64,000 bases of DNA from Eimeria praecox (GCA_963920595.1 OY986947.1:5642001-5706000); one strand, 5' to 3'; numbered from the stretch's first letter, positions 1 to 13,977 are shown. Made by a program: numbers and translations. The notes: generated by a model not told the origin, from the sequence alone.

Positions 1-780
1 CCGTGAACAGGTCAAATCGGATCATGTATTCTGCAAAAGCCATCTGTGCTAGGCGAATCTAGAGCGTATAATCGGCGTATTCACCTTCATCCAGTGCCTA
101 AAGACATCGTTGGCGACGTTGTACTGTTTAACACGCTGCCCGCTGCTCATCTTGGTGAGGCCTGCAGCATGAGTATTTAAGGCGTAACAAGAAAGTAATT
201 CAGAGGGAAAATGGGAATTCCCACAGATAAGCACAGTTGCAGAAAACGGTACCTGACCTGGTGGGGATCGAGAGAATGCGTTAGCGACGACGTTCGCGAT
301 GCTGGTAATATGCTTGACTGTAAAGTTGCACTGCGTAAGCCGCCAGTGCTACCTACCGACGCTTCCACTACCAAATTCTTGAAAGCTCCTCCTCAGCTGT
401 GTCAGGGATTGATGAGGGGTTTTAACAGCGAAGCGCTTGATATGCAAGTAATACCGGAACTGTTTCACTCTCCACCAGACCGGGCATAGCTCCTTCTCAC
501 GTAGCGGATGCTTCTGTTAAGTGATATGAGTATCAGGCGACTATTTAGTGCTTTGCCAATGAGAGAACATCAACGCTCCTGTTTGTCACTGGTACTGGCC
601 GTTAGGAAGCAATGCATCTCGAAATCAGAGAGTGCGACTACTGGACACACCGTCAGCTGCCTGATGAAGTTTCTGGTGGCTCCATCACCGTCCAACTAAG
701 CTGTTTTCCATTTATGTGGATCCGTCAGAGGGCTGCCAGCGGGAGCGAATCCAGGGATGAAGCTGCCGTAGTACGATTCG
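1..780 (+). mobile_element. Decayed retroelement integrase-like remnant, opposite orientation to the adjacent gag-RT
   Basis: 'KRYLTWWGSRECVSDDVRDAGNMLDCKVALRKPPVLP' (244-357) resembles the Gypsy integrase H2C2 region (RY.W..M..DV...VR.C..C...K...KP.G.L.P). 'DYWTHRQLPDEV...SCFPF' (636-713) resembles the post-core 'DW...LP.V.FA.N.....SPF'. Confidence 0.55.
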
Positions 781-855
781 ACACCAAGGAACTTCTGTAA
801 GCCCTTGCGAGTGTACAGGGGTAGCAGCCGCGAATCGCTCAGTCTACTCTGTGTG

Positions 856-906
856 CAGGAGCACTTGCAGCACTTAAGTACGCCTTAAATGCTGCAAGTG
901 CTCCTG
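856..906. repeat. Inverted repeat with 23-bp arms (1 mismatch) and a 5-nt loop
   Basis: caggagcacttgcagcacttaag (856-878) / tacgc / cttaaatgctgcaagtgctcctg (884-906). Confidence 0.95.
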
Positions 907-3680
907 GACATTACTCCTTGGCGCCGTCCGTCTATATAATCATCCACCCCTCATCGAGTAGCCCCTAGAAAGCGTGATTGACCCATTATTAAATTTTGGC
1001 AGGCGCATTCGTGGTAGAGGCAATGCAGGGGTACTCACGTATACAAGTGCGGCTATGGAGGGCAATCTAGCCCGTGTCGTCTGGATGCATCGGGACACTT
1101 GAAAATTCATCACAAGTAGAGTGATGGCCTCTTCAGGCAGCCAAGAAGTTCGTCGATATAGGACATCGAACGTTTGTTTCCATATGATTTTATTGAGGGG
1201 CTGGAAGTGGGTGCAGATGCACCAGCTCTCGTTCTTTTCCTCCGTCAGCCCCGGATGCATCCAATCGGGCCATTTGACGGGTACAGTTTTGCTTTCCTAA
1301 TTTGTTCTTCCAGTTGCCTGTATACTTCCTCTTCAAGATGCGTAGGCTTCTTGCACCTCAGAGCAGAGCTTGGAGCTGTGTCGGGCATGAGTTCGATGAG
1401 GTGCGCTGGGCTACCAACGAATGGTCTTCCCACTGGAAGCCCCTTGTTGACACTATTTTGGAAAATCTTACCCCAACTGTGCACGCTTCTAACCTTACTC
1501 GGGTGTCAACTGAGTCAAATCGCACCTAATCGTGATCTTTGTAGAACGATCGCGGCAGATTCCATGCGCTTCTTCATTGCTTTTGGTGGCATCGCTACAC
1601 ACCGCGGGGGAGTCTCATCGCTAATTTTGTATTGTGGCATTAACTTTAATCCTTTAACGACAAAGCATCCAGATGTGGTTGCAGGAGACGAACGTTGGGC
1701 GCTTTCGTTGCTTCCTAAGGTCAGTAGTGTCTTCAGAAGGAGGCAAACGCGCGCCCTCCGCAAAGTCCTCTACGGCATGCTTGGGATTATTTCGTGAACT
1801 GATCGAACGGAAAAGCCCCGTGCCCGGCCATTATGGCCCTCTTGAATCGAGAGAGCTTTTAAAACGCATCTTTCTACGGACGCTCCTGCCCTGTGTGCCA
1901 TAGGCGAAGTGTAGTGGTAGTCATTAGGCCATCCAATGGGCAGGTAGTCTACGCCTCCTCGCCTATCTTCACGCGTCAGTTTCACTTCGCAGCCTGTAAG
2001 GGCTAAAGGTAACAAGCCCGTGGTCATTAATATGAACTTCAATAAGCACCAATCTGGTTCGATGAATCTACAGGCAACAGGGCTCCTACTGACCCGCTTC
2101 GGATCAATTATCCACTCAGCTGCGTTTGCCGTGTGGGGGCCAGGGAGTTTCCTGGATGGCCTTGATTATTCTCTTAATAACACTGCTCAACACATTGATT
2201 ATTCAGTTTTCCAGTTACCCAGTCTTGTGATCTGCTTTCGAAACGTTTCTGAAAACGAAACAGACGCTCCATTTGACTTTCCGAACGCCGGATTCGCAGA
2301 TGCCAATTGTAGCATCCCATAAGCACCACCCCATGTTTGTGCTTTTTCCATTTTACAACCACCTACTTGATTCCTTACCCGTGGACAGGCGTACAACAAA
2401 TCCCATGCCACGATTATTTTGCCTTGATGCGCTCCGAAAAGCGGTATGCTTGCTCGGGCGCTGTCACCATTGTTGTGCCTCCCCTTCAACAAGAGCAGAT
2501 GCCAACTGTGGCTCGTCAAGTGCATACGGATGAAGAATAGGCGCTGCCCCAGAGATGCGCCGACCGCCACACCTGGGCAGTGAGCAAGAGGGGAGGCACT
2601 TATTCATGAGTAGTCAGTGCTATACACCAGGTTGCTCAGCCGTGGAGGTGGGGTTCGCTGGCCGCGTCTGCACTTGAAAACTGTGTACTGCTACGAAGTG
2701 AAACGTGAATCATCAACTGTAGAGGGGGATTGTACTTACGTAAAAGCGTAGCATGCTCTGCGTGATGTTGGGACTTCTATGCCGGCTTGTCCTTATGCTG
2801 ACTCCCGAAGGTAAAATGGGTGTTTAAAGACAATCTCCACCACAGTGTACGATGCCAGGTTAAAAAAAGGGGCAATGGAAGTGTGTGCAACCCGTGCATG
2901 GAACACTAGGTGCAGCAAGGTGCGTGGCACCTCGACAGGTTTGCCCGTATCTCCACCAGCTGATGCCCTTGGGCAAGCGGTCCGACAGTATGCTGCTCCA
3001 TAAGCCCTCCCTGCTTCCTAGGTGCTATATTCGTTGGTTGTTGTCGGGTATCGCTTCTACTCCCTTTCTCTACTGGTCCCTCATTCACAGCCCCAACATC
3101 AGCCCCAACATCCATAGGCTCTAAAACGGTTGCCAAACCTTCCTTCTTCCATTTCAGGTGAGGTTGTCAAAGTGGCGTTCTTTCCGCTCTTTTACTTGAG
3201 GATACTCCATTGGATGGACGACTTCAATTATTTTTTCCCTTAGTTTTCTATCCGCAGCCCAACTGCTTATCTATTGCGCCTCTCCGGGGAACAGGCCGGC
3301 TATAAACCACTTGAAAAGGACATCTCGGTCTACTATTGGACTGCTCTGCACCAATGAGTGGTGTGTCTCGACGCAGCGTTCAATTGATAGCTTCCCTTGC
3401 TTAAGTTCTTCCATAGCCTGTTACCTTGTACGAATGGGACTAAACCTGCCTCGCGGAATGCTGTGTATCCACCCGCTAACCACTTGCTTGGCCGTCCACA
3501 ACAAGCGTGTGACCAAGGAGGGATACGGGTATCAAGATCGCGCAGAGCATGCTGCACCTGCTCGTAGTCCAGCCAAGGCCCTTCAGTAGCTGTACCCAGG
3601 ACGACTGAAGACTGGACAGGAGAACTGCGGCATTATACAAACCCGTTTTCAAAGTCTTCGTCTCTACTACAGCGCACAAC
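884..3680 (-). mobile_element. Degenerate Ty3/Gypsy LTR-retrotransposon gag-protease-RT region with many stops and frameshifts
   Basis: Minus-strand fragments occur in canonical order. Gag: 'EELKQGKLSIE...VLFKWFIAGL' (~3420-3292), 'EPMDVG' (~3120) and a decayed CCHC knuckle 'CT*CSMHG/CTHFHC' (~2915-2870). Possible protease 'WIIDP..SRS' (~2115). RT: 'HLIELMPDTAP...EEVYRQLEE..KAKLYPSNGP' (1400-1270), 'KNESWCICTHFQPLNKI', 'TNAPAKI' (~1010), decayed YxDD 'GWMII*TDG' (~945), 'QEHLQHL' (~905). LTRs not identified. Confidence 0.85.
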
Positions 3681-4686
3681 GGTCCTCTGCTAATGCCAAG
3701 GATCCATGCTGCATCTCCCTCCAGCTACTCCAGCAACCAACGCACCATTAAAGCATACCTCATCCATATTTGCTGCATGTGCTAACACTGGGTACAATTG
3801 CTAAACAATTTGCTATCCCTAAATAATCAACCTGCACGCCAGTAGGAAAACACGCGCCAACTTCGGGCAAGTCACAGTGCAATGAAAGCCATTGTCACGA
3901 CTTCGGCAGAACTGGCGTGCACGGCGTTGGTAGCCGATCACTGAAGTTTGTTTTATTTGAATGAGGAATTTTTCGAATCAATGAATGCGATCTGTAGTGT
4001 CTAAACTTGTGCGATTTGGCTCAACAAACCAAAACGTGCATACACGTACGGACGCATTCAACGCCTGCTGCAGAGTCGGCTGATACGCATAAACTTACAA
4101 ACCACACACTTGTACTATCTGCATAGTGTATAAAGTGGTATTAGGGTGTTTTGAAGCTCAGAAGTGTGAGAGAATGCAGGGGGTTGCTGGGGCGTGTCGT
4201 GCGGGGGCAAGGCCGAGAGACCCGTGGCCCGCATCATTGCCAGTGCCTGCCGAGAAGCCTTGTGGGTTCTAGGAGCGCTTTGCCATTCGAGGGGGAATAT
4301 AAAAAGCGATTTGGGGAACAGAATACCAAGGGGTTTTACCTGCATCCTGTAAACCTGCAATATCCCCCTTCCCTGGCCCTATCTTCGCCGTTGCTCGACT
4401 CTGCAAGGAAATATGCACACGAAACTTGCTATTTTCTGCAGCTTATGAGCCTTTATGTTTATCTACTCATTGTACGGCTCGATTTTATATGCTGTGAATC
4501 GAAAATTGCCTTTTTGCTTTTCCCCGAGGCGCCCGGGTTGCGTGCCGCCAGCCCACACAGTCCGTTGCGTTGGAACTTTGAACTCGCTCTGCAGCAGCTT
4601 TGGATTTGAGAGGAAAACGAAAGTCTTGGAATCACTGTATCCACAGTAGGGAGAAGCCAATTGCTCGTTGCACGCCTGCCCGTAAA

Positions 4687-7153
4687 ATGGTGAATGCTCC
4701 GCCCAATGTGAGATGGAGGTCACTGAGGCTAATCTGCTTGGCAACGAGCATTTGCGGGCTTGCTGCTCCCCATGCAGCTTGGGGTGATGGAACAAGTTTC
4801 GGGGTCGCAAAAGAGCCCTTCAAATGGCTGGCCATGGCGTGGGTATCCGACATACATTTGCAGCCATACTACTCTACCCTGGCTCATCCAAAGGAACGCT
4901 GTGGTACACAGAAAGAAGAACCGGTCGAATCTACCGACTCCACCGGAAGGAAATACCTCGAAGTGGAAGCTGGCCCTGAGTTCGGCCGGGCAGGATGTGG
5001 CTCTTCTCCCAGATTGTTCAATGAAACCCTCAACTTCCTGAACGATCTCGTGACCCAAAGCCACGCAGAAACCGCTGCACATCGCATCGCTCCGTCTTCT
5101 ACAGCTTCTGCGGCGCAAACAGCCTTTAATCACTACCCTTTGCCACCCATTACTACCGTTTTGCTTACAGGGGATTATGTGCACTCTCGCAAGAACGTTG
5201 ATTCAAATTATATGTGAGCACCCACCTAACGCTCCTGTGTAATGCTTCCTGTCCACCCCTGAAGCTAACCAGCCAGCCAAACCCACTGTCCCTAGTGTTT
5301 TAAACGCGTGCATCTGCAGGAAAGACGCTCTTAAAGAATTCACGGATGGTCTATTCAAAAGGTTTCCGCAGCAGTCCAGGACCTTACGGCAAGGGCATAG
5401 CCAAGCTATTGCGGCAGAAGAAATCCAACTCCTGATGGTCGTGGGGAATCACGATTTCCCGCCAGAGGCCCTCGTCCCTCCGCAGCGTACACGGTGGGCA
5501 AATATTCTCTACGACATCTGGAAGCCAGCACTTCCAAGGGGCGAGATAACTCGTTCGGTGCGCTTTTCATGAAACAGATAACCATCCATGTGCCCCTTTC
5601 AATGCTTTGCAGCAGAGCCTTATATCTAAGAAATAAGGGAAGATACACGTAATACTGCTTCAATTCCCTGGGTCGCTGCTTGACTGGCTTTCTTTAATGC
5701 CTCTGTGCGCTGCAGACCTTCCTGCGGGGAATGTACTACTCTACAAACCTGCGGGAAGCACCTCAAGTGCGCGTGCTGTGCATGAACACGAATTTGTATG
5801 CTGTAAAGCTGCGAAGGGCGGCAATAGCTCTTCTCAAATCCGATAGGGATGAAACCAATGGAGAGGAGGCTGCTGCACCTCTCGGCATCGCTGGAGAAGA
5901 TGCAGCGGAAGAAGCTGACCCAGGTTAGCAGTGTTTTCTTCCCTTCTTGCCCTCTTTCAGCTCCCTCTGAAGAAAAGCCGATTCAAGTAAAGGGGCCAAC
6001 CACCGCTGCTTATTCCTTGGTTTTTCTGCTGCAGCGGGGCAATTTGAGTGGCTGGCGGGAGAGCTCCGCTCTGCGCGAGCACGTGGAGAGCAAGTACGAA
6101 AGATGACCAAATTATTACGAATAAATGTTTACGCGCAACCTTGGCTGGTAGCAAGCGCGCATTGCCCAATATGGACCCTGCTTGACACTTCTGAACGTGG
6201 GAGAGGGTTTTTCCGAATTCTGATAGTGGCGGAAAGGAGTGTGGGCGTGTGGCTCTGGATCTCAGGTCATAATATGCGGACACATTATGCCTGCACTGAC
6301 TGTGCGATTGAACGAGTTTGCATATTTTCGTGATACTTGGGAAAGTAAATATTCTGCCAGGTATGTAAGGATGAAGCTTGCGGAGCAAACTGCCTAGCAC
6401 CTGCCAGTGAACCCGGCAGCAACAAAACAGAAACGCCTATGCGTATCTTTTGTGCATTGCAGGTACAGGGATATAATTTCAGCACATTCAGATATAGTTG
6501 TTGCCCAACTTTATGGGCATCAGCATGAGGGAACGATAGTTACTCTCCTTCCCGCAGGAACACAAGCATGGAAGGCCGCTGCAACTGCAGGGCCCCGCTG
6601 CAACCCTCGTCAAGCTAACTTGCCCACAGCTCTTCTCACCACTCCTTCTGTTTCCCCCCAGAACGGCAACAATCCGGCGATGCGCGTGTTGCTGTTCGAA
6701 GCGCTACAAGACAATCATGAGAACTCCCATAGGCAGGAGGAACAGGGAAGCCTGGGGTCTTATATCCTAACAGACTATACGCAGTATCGCTTACCTCTAT
6801 ATGGGTTTGTCGGGAACTCAGGGTTTGGCAGGAAAACCCCAGAGTTTGAATTTGAGTCTTCCTTCCAAGACACCTTCACGCCTTTCCTGAGGTGTGCGAA
6901 ACCTCGCCAGCCCCCTCTGGAAGATGCAGCAGAAGAATGGGGACGTCATGCCACTCGTGGGCCCCCCAGGTGTATTGATGGCTCGACTGCTCTTCAAATT
7001 GCAGAAGCTGTTGGGCGTTCTCCATTCGCTTACGATGCTTACAGGAACCACCGTTATGCTGGAGGGAAAGACGTTGCGAGCGCGGCAGTCAGCTGCAGCT
7101 CCCTAGCGATGACAGAAAGAGATTTCATCGAGTGCATTTATCAAATCCAGTAG
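4687..7153 (+). CDS. Secreted calcineurin-like metallophosphoesterase, acid sphingomyelinase/SMPDL3-like (multi-exon)
   Basis: Signal-peptide-like N-terminus (LRLICLATSICGLAAPHAAWG). Ordered motifs WVSDIHLQPYY, FGRAGC, TGDY, VVGNHD (~5440), VLCMNTNLY, GQFEWL, GHIMP, YGHQH, TPSVSP..GNNPAMR across GT-AG exons. Confidence 0.85.
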
Positions 7154-8351
7154 AGCGCATTGAGGGGGCTTTAGGCTATCTTACCTTAAAGTGAAGCATG
7201 CCTGAGCCAGCGTGTCTCGCGCTTCCTTTCGAGAAGACGCAGCTGGGGCTTTCTCAATAGCCGCTTTTTTTATTTAGTATTTTTCAATGATGCAGGCTGC
7301 AGTGTCCTGCCTGTCGAGCGCCACATCTTGTGTTGCAGGCGGCAGGCATCAGGGCAGACCATTAGGAGTGCATGGCTGCGTACGGATGTGCGTTGCTCGT
7401 TTGGGCAAGGTTTCGTTGCATCCGAACAGGCTGTATTTGATTTTAAGATGAGCTGAAAACCGTTAACTGAGGTATAGCTGTATTTGGGGTTTATTGGAGT
7501 ATAAGGCAGGTGCTAGTTGAGCAAAACACCAGAACTGAAGAGAAATCTATTCAGCCTGAGGAAAACCAGTGCAGAGATGCCACAGGCACAACCAGTAAAG
7601 TGAGCATTGCCAGAGCAAGTAACAAGCTCAAGGCCAGTTGCCCACGAGTAACATCTGTACTTCCCGTTCCACTGTAAATTCGGTAGATGGAGAGGCGTGC
7701 TAGTCTTGGGCAAAAATGGAAGGGTTGTGAACTGTGGTTGACTCTGCAGTTCCGAAGGGAAGAAGGCAGCAGCTGATGCAGTACGCACTTCAGAGGCAAA
7801 AGAGCTTATCATGCATTCATTTCAGATCATTCTAATTTTCATCGATGGGTAAGGCCTCAGATCTGGAGAAATGTCTCTTCTGTTGGTTGCATGACGTATC
7901 GCTTTTAAGGTCCCTGGGCTAGGCAGTGGCAAGAGCGTACTAAACCGATGCTCTACTCTCCTCTGGGACTTTGACTTTGGGCAAGAGGACGGGTTTATAA
8001 AAGCTTCTCTTGAAGGCTTTGTCGAACACTACTCCTCTGTCTGTCTCTTATACTCTTCGGTGTGACTCTTTCGAAGCGCGGAAGAAGAGTGGCAGGCCGG
8101 CCAGTAGGAGGCGGCTCACGTTGCCCTCACCAGCTGATGAAGGGCCGGCAACTGTGCGAACGCTTGCGCAACAAAAAGCCCACTTCTTCCAAGGGGCAGC
8201 TAGGCTGTATTTAAAACCAACGGGCAAGCTTATGGATGAAATGAAGCATACAAGCGTCTGCTACCTACTTTGCCTTGGGACGAGGCGCAGCATCCTCGAA
8301 CACCTGAGATGCAAGAGAAGACTAAATGACGCAATTGTAGCGGATGATTGT

Positions 8352-11170
8352 TTACAGTCCCCGAAACTTCCCCAGCCACCCCTTCAAGGGGAAACAAGAA
8401 AACCTGCACGAGGATGCAGGCTTGCCCCTGTAGCGCTTGGGCAAGAAGACTGTTGCTTGCAACGTGAAAGCAAGAGCCTTTGAGAGAACCATGAGAAGAA
8501 GAAGGACCACCACGTCAACCGCCCACAGCCATTCCAGAGCGCTGCCTTTGCGACCGTAGGCACGACCTGCGATGCCAAATGTTTGGTACACATCTTCCTT
8601 CGTGTGCAGCAGGAGATTACCGCCTGCCTCCGATGGTTCCTTCCCAAATTCGTAAGTCTCCAGAATGCATATCGCCAAACCCTCAAAAACCAAGAAAAAA
8701 GGACTTAAGTACGAAATCCATGCTATCCCATGTGGCAGCGACGCTGGATTGGTTGTGAAGCCATTGACAAGCATCAGTAGCATGAACAGGAGAGTCGCTG
8801 ACGCATTTGCCTCTGCAAAGGATGTGCTCGCCAAGGAACAAATAACAGTCAGCGAGTCGCATATGACGAATCCTAGCGACCCGACGAGATAACACACCAG
8901 CAAGGGCAAAAACGGAAACCCAAATAAGACCCACATAATCGTGACGAGCACTGCGTCGCCAGCTAAGACGAAACAGTTAGCCACCAGGGATGTAGCGAAC
9001 ATGTAGGGCACGGGGGAATAGTACCCGTCCTCAACTTCAACTCGATACTGCGCCTTTTGTTGGACGTACAGCGGAACTGTCCACAGACACGATGCCAGAT
9101 GGCTGAGGAGCATCAGGAAAAGGGCAGAAAGCTGGTAATACATAGACGCACGGCTCCGGACACCAAAGAATACAGCCCCAATCGCCAGCCCTTGAATAAT
9201 CGAGTCGCCCATGATCGCTGCCAGAGTAGAATGGCTTCTTAACCACAACCGGAGTGCGCGCCTTCCAACCTCTTTGAATTGAACATAGGGGCCCGCCAAC
9301 TCCAATTCGCCTACCTGCAAGCAATCACACTTGCACGCATCCCTGGAGTTATCAGTACTACTGCCAGCTGGTAATGGAGCTGCTAGTAGGGGGAACTAGG
9401 GGGACTGGAGTTTAGGTCTTAGCCAAGGCGCTTCTATTATAGGTGCTGTGGACAAACCGGGTCCTCCTGTGGCGAAGGCGGGCATTCGTAGCAGCGGCGC
9501 ACTTTGGTCCGCACCAGCGGCTTCATGAGTGCGTCGTAAATGTCTGCAAGTTCGCCCGCGTGCTTGCTGCCCTGTGCCACGAGATCTAGGTATAAGTCTG
9601 CCGGGTTTTGGTGGGGGGGGCAGGGGAACCCCAAGGTGCTGAAATACTCCAGCGCCGCATCTACGGAACCATTGTAGACACAACGGCCTTCATGGTTCAA
9701 CAGCAACAGATGATCGAAGCACCGCATTATTGCGTGGGATGGCTGGTGAATCACCGCCACCACCGCCATGCCGCAATCTACACAAAGCCGTCGGAGGGCA
9801 TCCACAACTAGCTGTGCATCCGCAGTAGACAGGCCAGTCGTCGGCTCGTCACACAACAAGATTTTTGCATCGCTCATCAAGCCTGAAGCATATACGCACA
9901 GCACAAATGCGGCAGCAATACTTCCAGTAGCTGAGCAGCGAAGTGGTCATAGGGTCATAGGCACTGCCCACAAATCTGAATTACTCAACTGCCCCAAGCG
10001 GGAACAACCCGCATCCTTCTCTCATTAAAAGCAATACCGTGCTAAAAATAAACAAAGAAACGATGAGATATGGCCAGCTCACCCACGCCGAGAGTCAGCC
10101 GCCGTTTCTGGCCTCCAGATATCCCACGATGTGTGCTGCTGCCTACGTTGCTCGCCTGCACCTCAACTAGACCCAGGAGGCTAATAGCTCGCTGCACGGC
10201 TTCGTGCTCTCGGGCCTTTCTCTTCTCAGGCCCCCATTCCCGCGGAACTGCAGTGCGGAGTCTGTAGGAAAACTGGAGGCATTCAACAACCTTCTCGTTC
10301 CCGTCAAAGATGTCATCTTGGGTAACGTACGATGAGAACTGCAGACGCAAGAAGGCTCCACATAACAATTTCCAATGTCGTTGCGGATGTGCTGTTTTAG
10401 GTGCGGGCTACCGTTGAGGTTAACTTCCATTCAACGAATCAAAGAACAGAAGCTGCTAGGAAGAGCGTACAGAGTCAGATAACTCGACTGCTTTCTGTGC
10501 ATCTCGAATCAGCTAAAATGCGCCCACTCGATCAAATTCTTTTGTCGGAGGTCTTCCGTTGAAGGCAACTCGGCCAGAGTGTGCCAAACTGGCACGCCCA
10601 GAAAGGATACCCATCAGAGTGGTCTTGCCGCAGCCGCTGGGCCCCATGATGGCTACAAGCGACCCTGCGCAAGACAAGAGTTGTGTTACTGTCGTGTATG
10701 TGCGCAAGGTGCTACTGTAAAGTCAGGTCCGCGTGAAATCAGACTCGAATGCGGTCAGTAAGCAGCTCTGCTGGCAATCATGATGCGGCCTGTGCTGCCA
10801 AACCGCACACCAGATCGAATAACCGCTGACACCGGGTGAAGGATATGTTTCGGTGGCAGCGTGTCAACACGCTTGAGTTCTCCTGTCCGTAAGAAAGCCC
10901 TCCAGTTCGTCCGCTTCAAGGAGGACAGCAGGGGCACGCGATCAAAACAGCTCCTGCGGGAAGGAATGGTGCAAGATACTTCGTCGAGGGCCAGCTCAAA
11001 CTGCACAGACCCCTGAAATGCAGAATTAGATGACACACTGGAAGAGGGAGCCTCACAACCCGCAGTGGCCCTCACCACTGAGCACCTACGCTCAGCGGAC
11101 TACTTCTGGGAAGCATTTGCGAGGACTCTAAAGAGCAGCTCACCTGCCTTAAGCCCTCTTCGTTGCCCAT
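8352..11170 (-). CDS. ABC transporter G-family half transporter (NBD then TMD); 5' end uncertain
   Basis: Walker A AIMGPSGCGKTTL, YVTQDD, signature ISGGQKRRL, Walker B LLCDEPTTGL, IHQPS, NPADLYLD, followed by a 6-TM ABC2 membrane exon (8352-9314). Confidence 0.95.
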
Positions 11171-13977
11171 ATGGACTGCATCTCTTGCAGCGGCTAGCTG
11201 TTCTCTTGTAAATGCACGCTGTCTGCTTGGAAAGTCGCATGTGCCGACGCGCTCAACACCACTAGCCGCCTGAAAATACACCTCTTACCGGGTACGCCAT
11301 GCACTTAACATCAGAACAGAATGATTGGCCTGGGATATCGAATTTTTCCTTCCTAACTAGTACCAAGACCCCACTTACTGTCTCGTGTTCTTTGGGCACC
11401 TCCCCACTCTCATCCTTCAACTTCACAGTCATATGGTCGCCCTCCTTACAGCCAGCACGCATGCCACCCTCTAGAGCACTCATTGTATGAATAGTCTTCA
11501 AATTTCCAAAGAAGACAGACGCCAGTGTGATTTTGCAATGCGACAGCGCTGCACCCATGAGGCTCGCCCAGACACACGCATACCCCAAATGCCAAAAATG
11601 GGGGTCGCCCGAGCAAAGATTGGACTGCCTTAATTCAAATGCATTATAAAACAGTAGTTAATGAATTCATCCCTGTGCTGTGCGCCCTTCTACCTCCCTA
11701 GATGGCCGCCCAATTACTGCAGGGACGCAACGCTGGACCACAATCGGTATCGGGGAAAGCCGAACGCGCGAGGTCTTTATAAGCCCTGATTCAGAAGAAA
11801 CGGGAAAATAAACTTCATAGTTAAGGCAGGAAAAAAAGGAATCTGTATCACCTTCCAGAGCAAGCATTACCAAATCCCTGGTGCTCAACCACTTCTTGAC
11901 CCCCTGAGGGCCCCCTCCCCCGCATACTGGCGTAGGAGTTCTACTGAGCTGCCCTCTCAAATTGTTACGATGCTGCCTAAATTAGTTGTATGAAGCAGTT
12001 TAGTTTTAATGGTGAACTATGATGGGCGTTCTCTAACTCATCCTTTCACGTTCGTTGTTCCTGCGATTGCGCCGATGCCGACGGCTTCAATGTACGCAGC
12101 AGTTGAGGCCTGAAGGAGTACTCTAACTGCCAGAAGAAAATGTATTGTGAAGCACGCTACACAAAGGTTTCTCACTTATCTGGTGGACTGGGAGAGGCTG
12201 TGCTTTAGCGGCTCCCGGTCCCGGTGCAATTTTGCGAATGGACCCAGAAGGCGGAGACAAGGCAGGGAGGAGTTTGACCCGCACTTCTAAATGGCCGACG
12301 CGGCACGGGAGACAAACTACAAACCCCAAGGGACAGGAGAGGGGCAGGAAAAACAAGAAAAGGAACATTCTTCAACAGAAATGCCAACCTTCACTGACAT
12401 GGCTCCTCCCAGGAGCTGCCAGAGCGCAACGCCGTCCCCTACCTCGGCCAACGAAACCTCCACCACCAGGCATAACCCCTCAGCGAAGGTACTGCGAGGT
12501 GTTGCCTTTCCTTTCGGCGGGGACACTCGCGGATGCACGTGCAGCACTACGCAGATTCTTCTTCTTAGCCTCAGCGAATAGGCATACTGATCAGTGACTC
12601 TTAGGTCAGCTAATCTTTGTATTCTTTTCTGATCATTAGGATTGGCGTTTGGCGACGAGTACGTGGGGGAGCGGACACCCCGACGGCCGTTTTTGTGACG
12701 CTTGAGGGCGAGATTGTCGCCAAGGTACTTCAGCACTATCAAGGAGCCAGTGTATAACCATCCTTAGTTTAGAGTATCTGCCACCCATCAAAATGCCCCA
12801 CAGCTTCTGCAGCTGCGTCGGAGATCTACTCTCTCGCGACCCAAGAGGAAATGCCGATACGGAGCTTGAGGGTAGGCAATCCTTCCCATAATAGCCCTTC
12901 TTTGTGTGCGATTTCGTCAGCCGCACAGCTACCACGCCGCCCAGCGAGATGAAGCAATTCTTGCAGCTGCAGGCATACGTGGTAGGTTCATGACCTTTTG
13001 CTTCCTATAAGTGCTTTGCATCAGGTGTGAGATTGGGAAGTGTATACGCATGTTGGTGAGTATGCAAGCCGCCTGCACGAATGCGTGTAGTTGCTATTTG
13101 CTTGTGCGCAGATCCACATAAGTATTTGTTGGGGAAAACTTGTTGAAGCTAGCTTTGCCAGTGCTTACGTGTGAGCATTTTTTAGAATATCAATATTCAG
13201 CTGCTTGGGCCTAGCCAAAGTTGCATCCCCATGCAAGTGTTTTCGTACTTCCAAGAACAACTATTCAATGATTTTACAATGGGGGACAAGGCATTTAGCT
13301 TGCGTAACACCTCGGTTCGGTTACATGAGTGTCGTCTCTAATCTTCCCCTGTCGTGATTTATTTTCACTTACATAGTTGCCGCATATCGAAAGTGCAGTG
13401 GGAAATAATGACCATGCCTTTGGGAACTCGTGATACTGTGGAAGCCCTATGCAAGCGTGCCAAAACATGGTGTAGTCGTGCGGCTTCTATGCCACGGGCA
13501 ATGCTTGGTTGCCACAAGTAGATCCGTCTGTAACATACAGGCGGTGTTTCATCAAATTCCCGCTTCACGCGAGGATGCGTGGTGTAGGCGCGTTTGTCAT
13601 GTGCTAAAGGCGTATGCTCGATTATAATTCACCTAGCAGTACCATCCACATATGGAACTGGGTAGGCATGCTGATCTGCAGATTGTCTTTTAAGAGAACC
13701 GGGCTTCAGCAGCTCCCACTGCCGAAGTATTCGAACGTATCAATAATGAGGCTTCACCCCTGCCGGCAGCGCTATGTAACGTGCTTTGCAGGACGCGGCA
13801 GAGGAAGCCGTATAGAAGTCCCAGAAAGTATCCCTCCTTACGCCTTTGCGTCCATGACGAGTAATGAACTGGAGCTACAGTACTGGTGCCTTCCGCCACC
13901 CCTTACAAGGCAAGCTTGTGCCTCAGCTCTAAGCAGAGTTATTCGTGTAAATAGAGGTTTCGTGGGGGTATTTATTC

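Noticed and set aside
12123..12935. Overlapping ORFs of 80-140 aa between the ABCG and helicase genes
   Set aside because: No recognisable motifs and no consistent spliced model.
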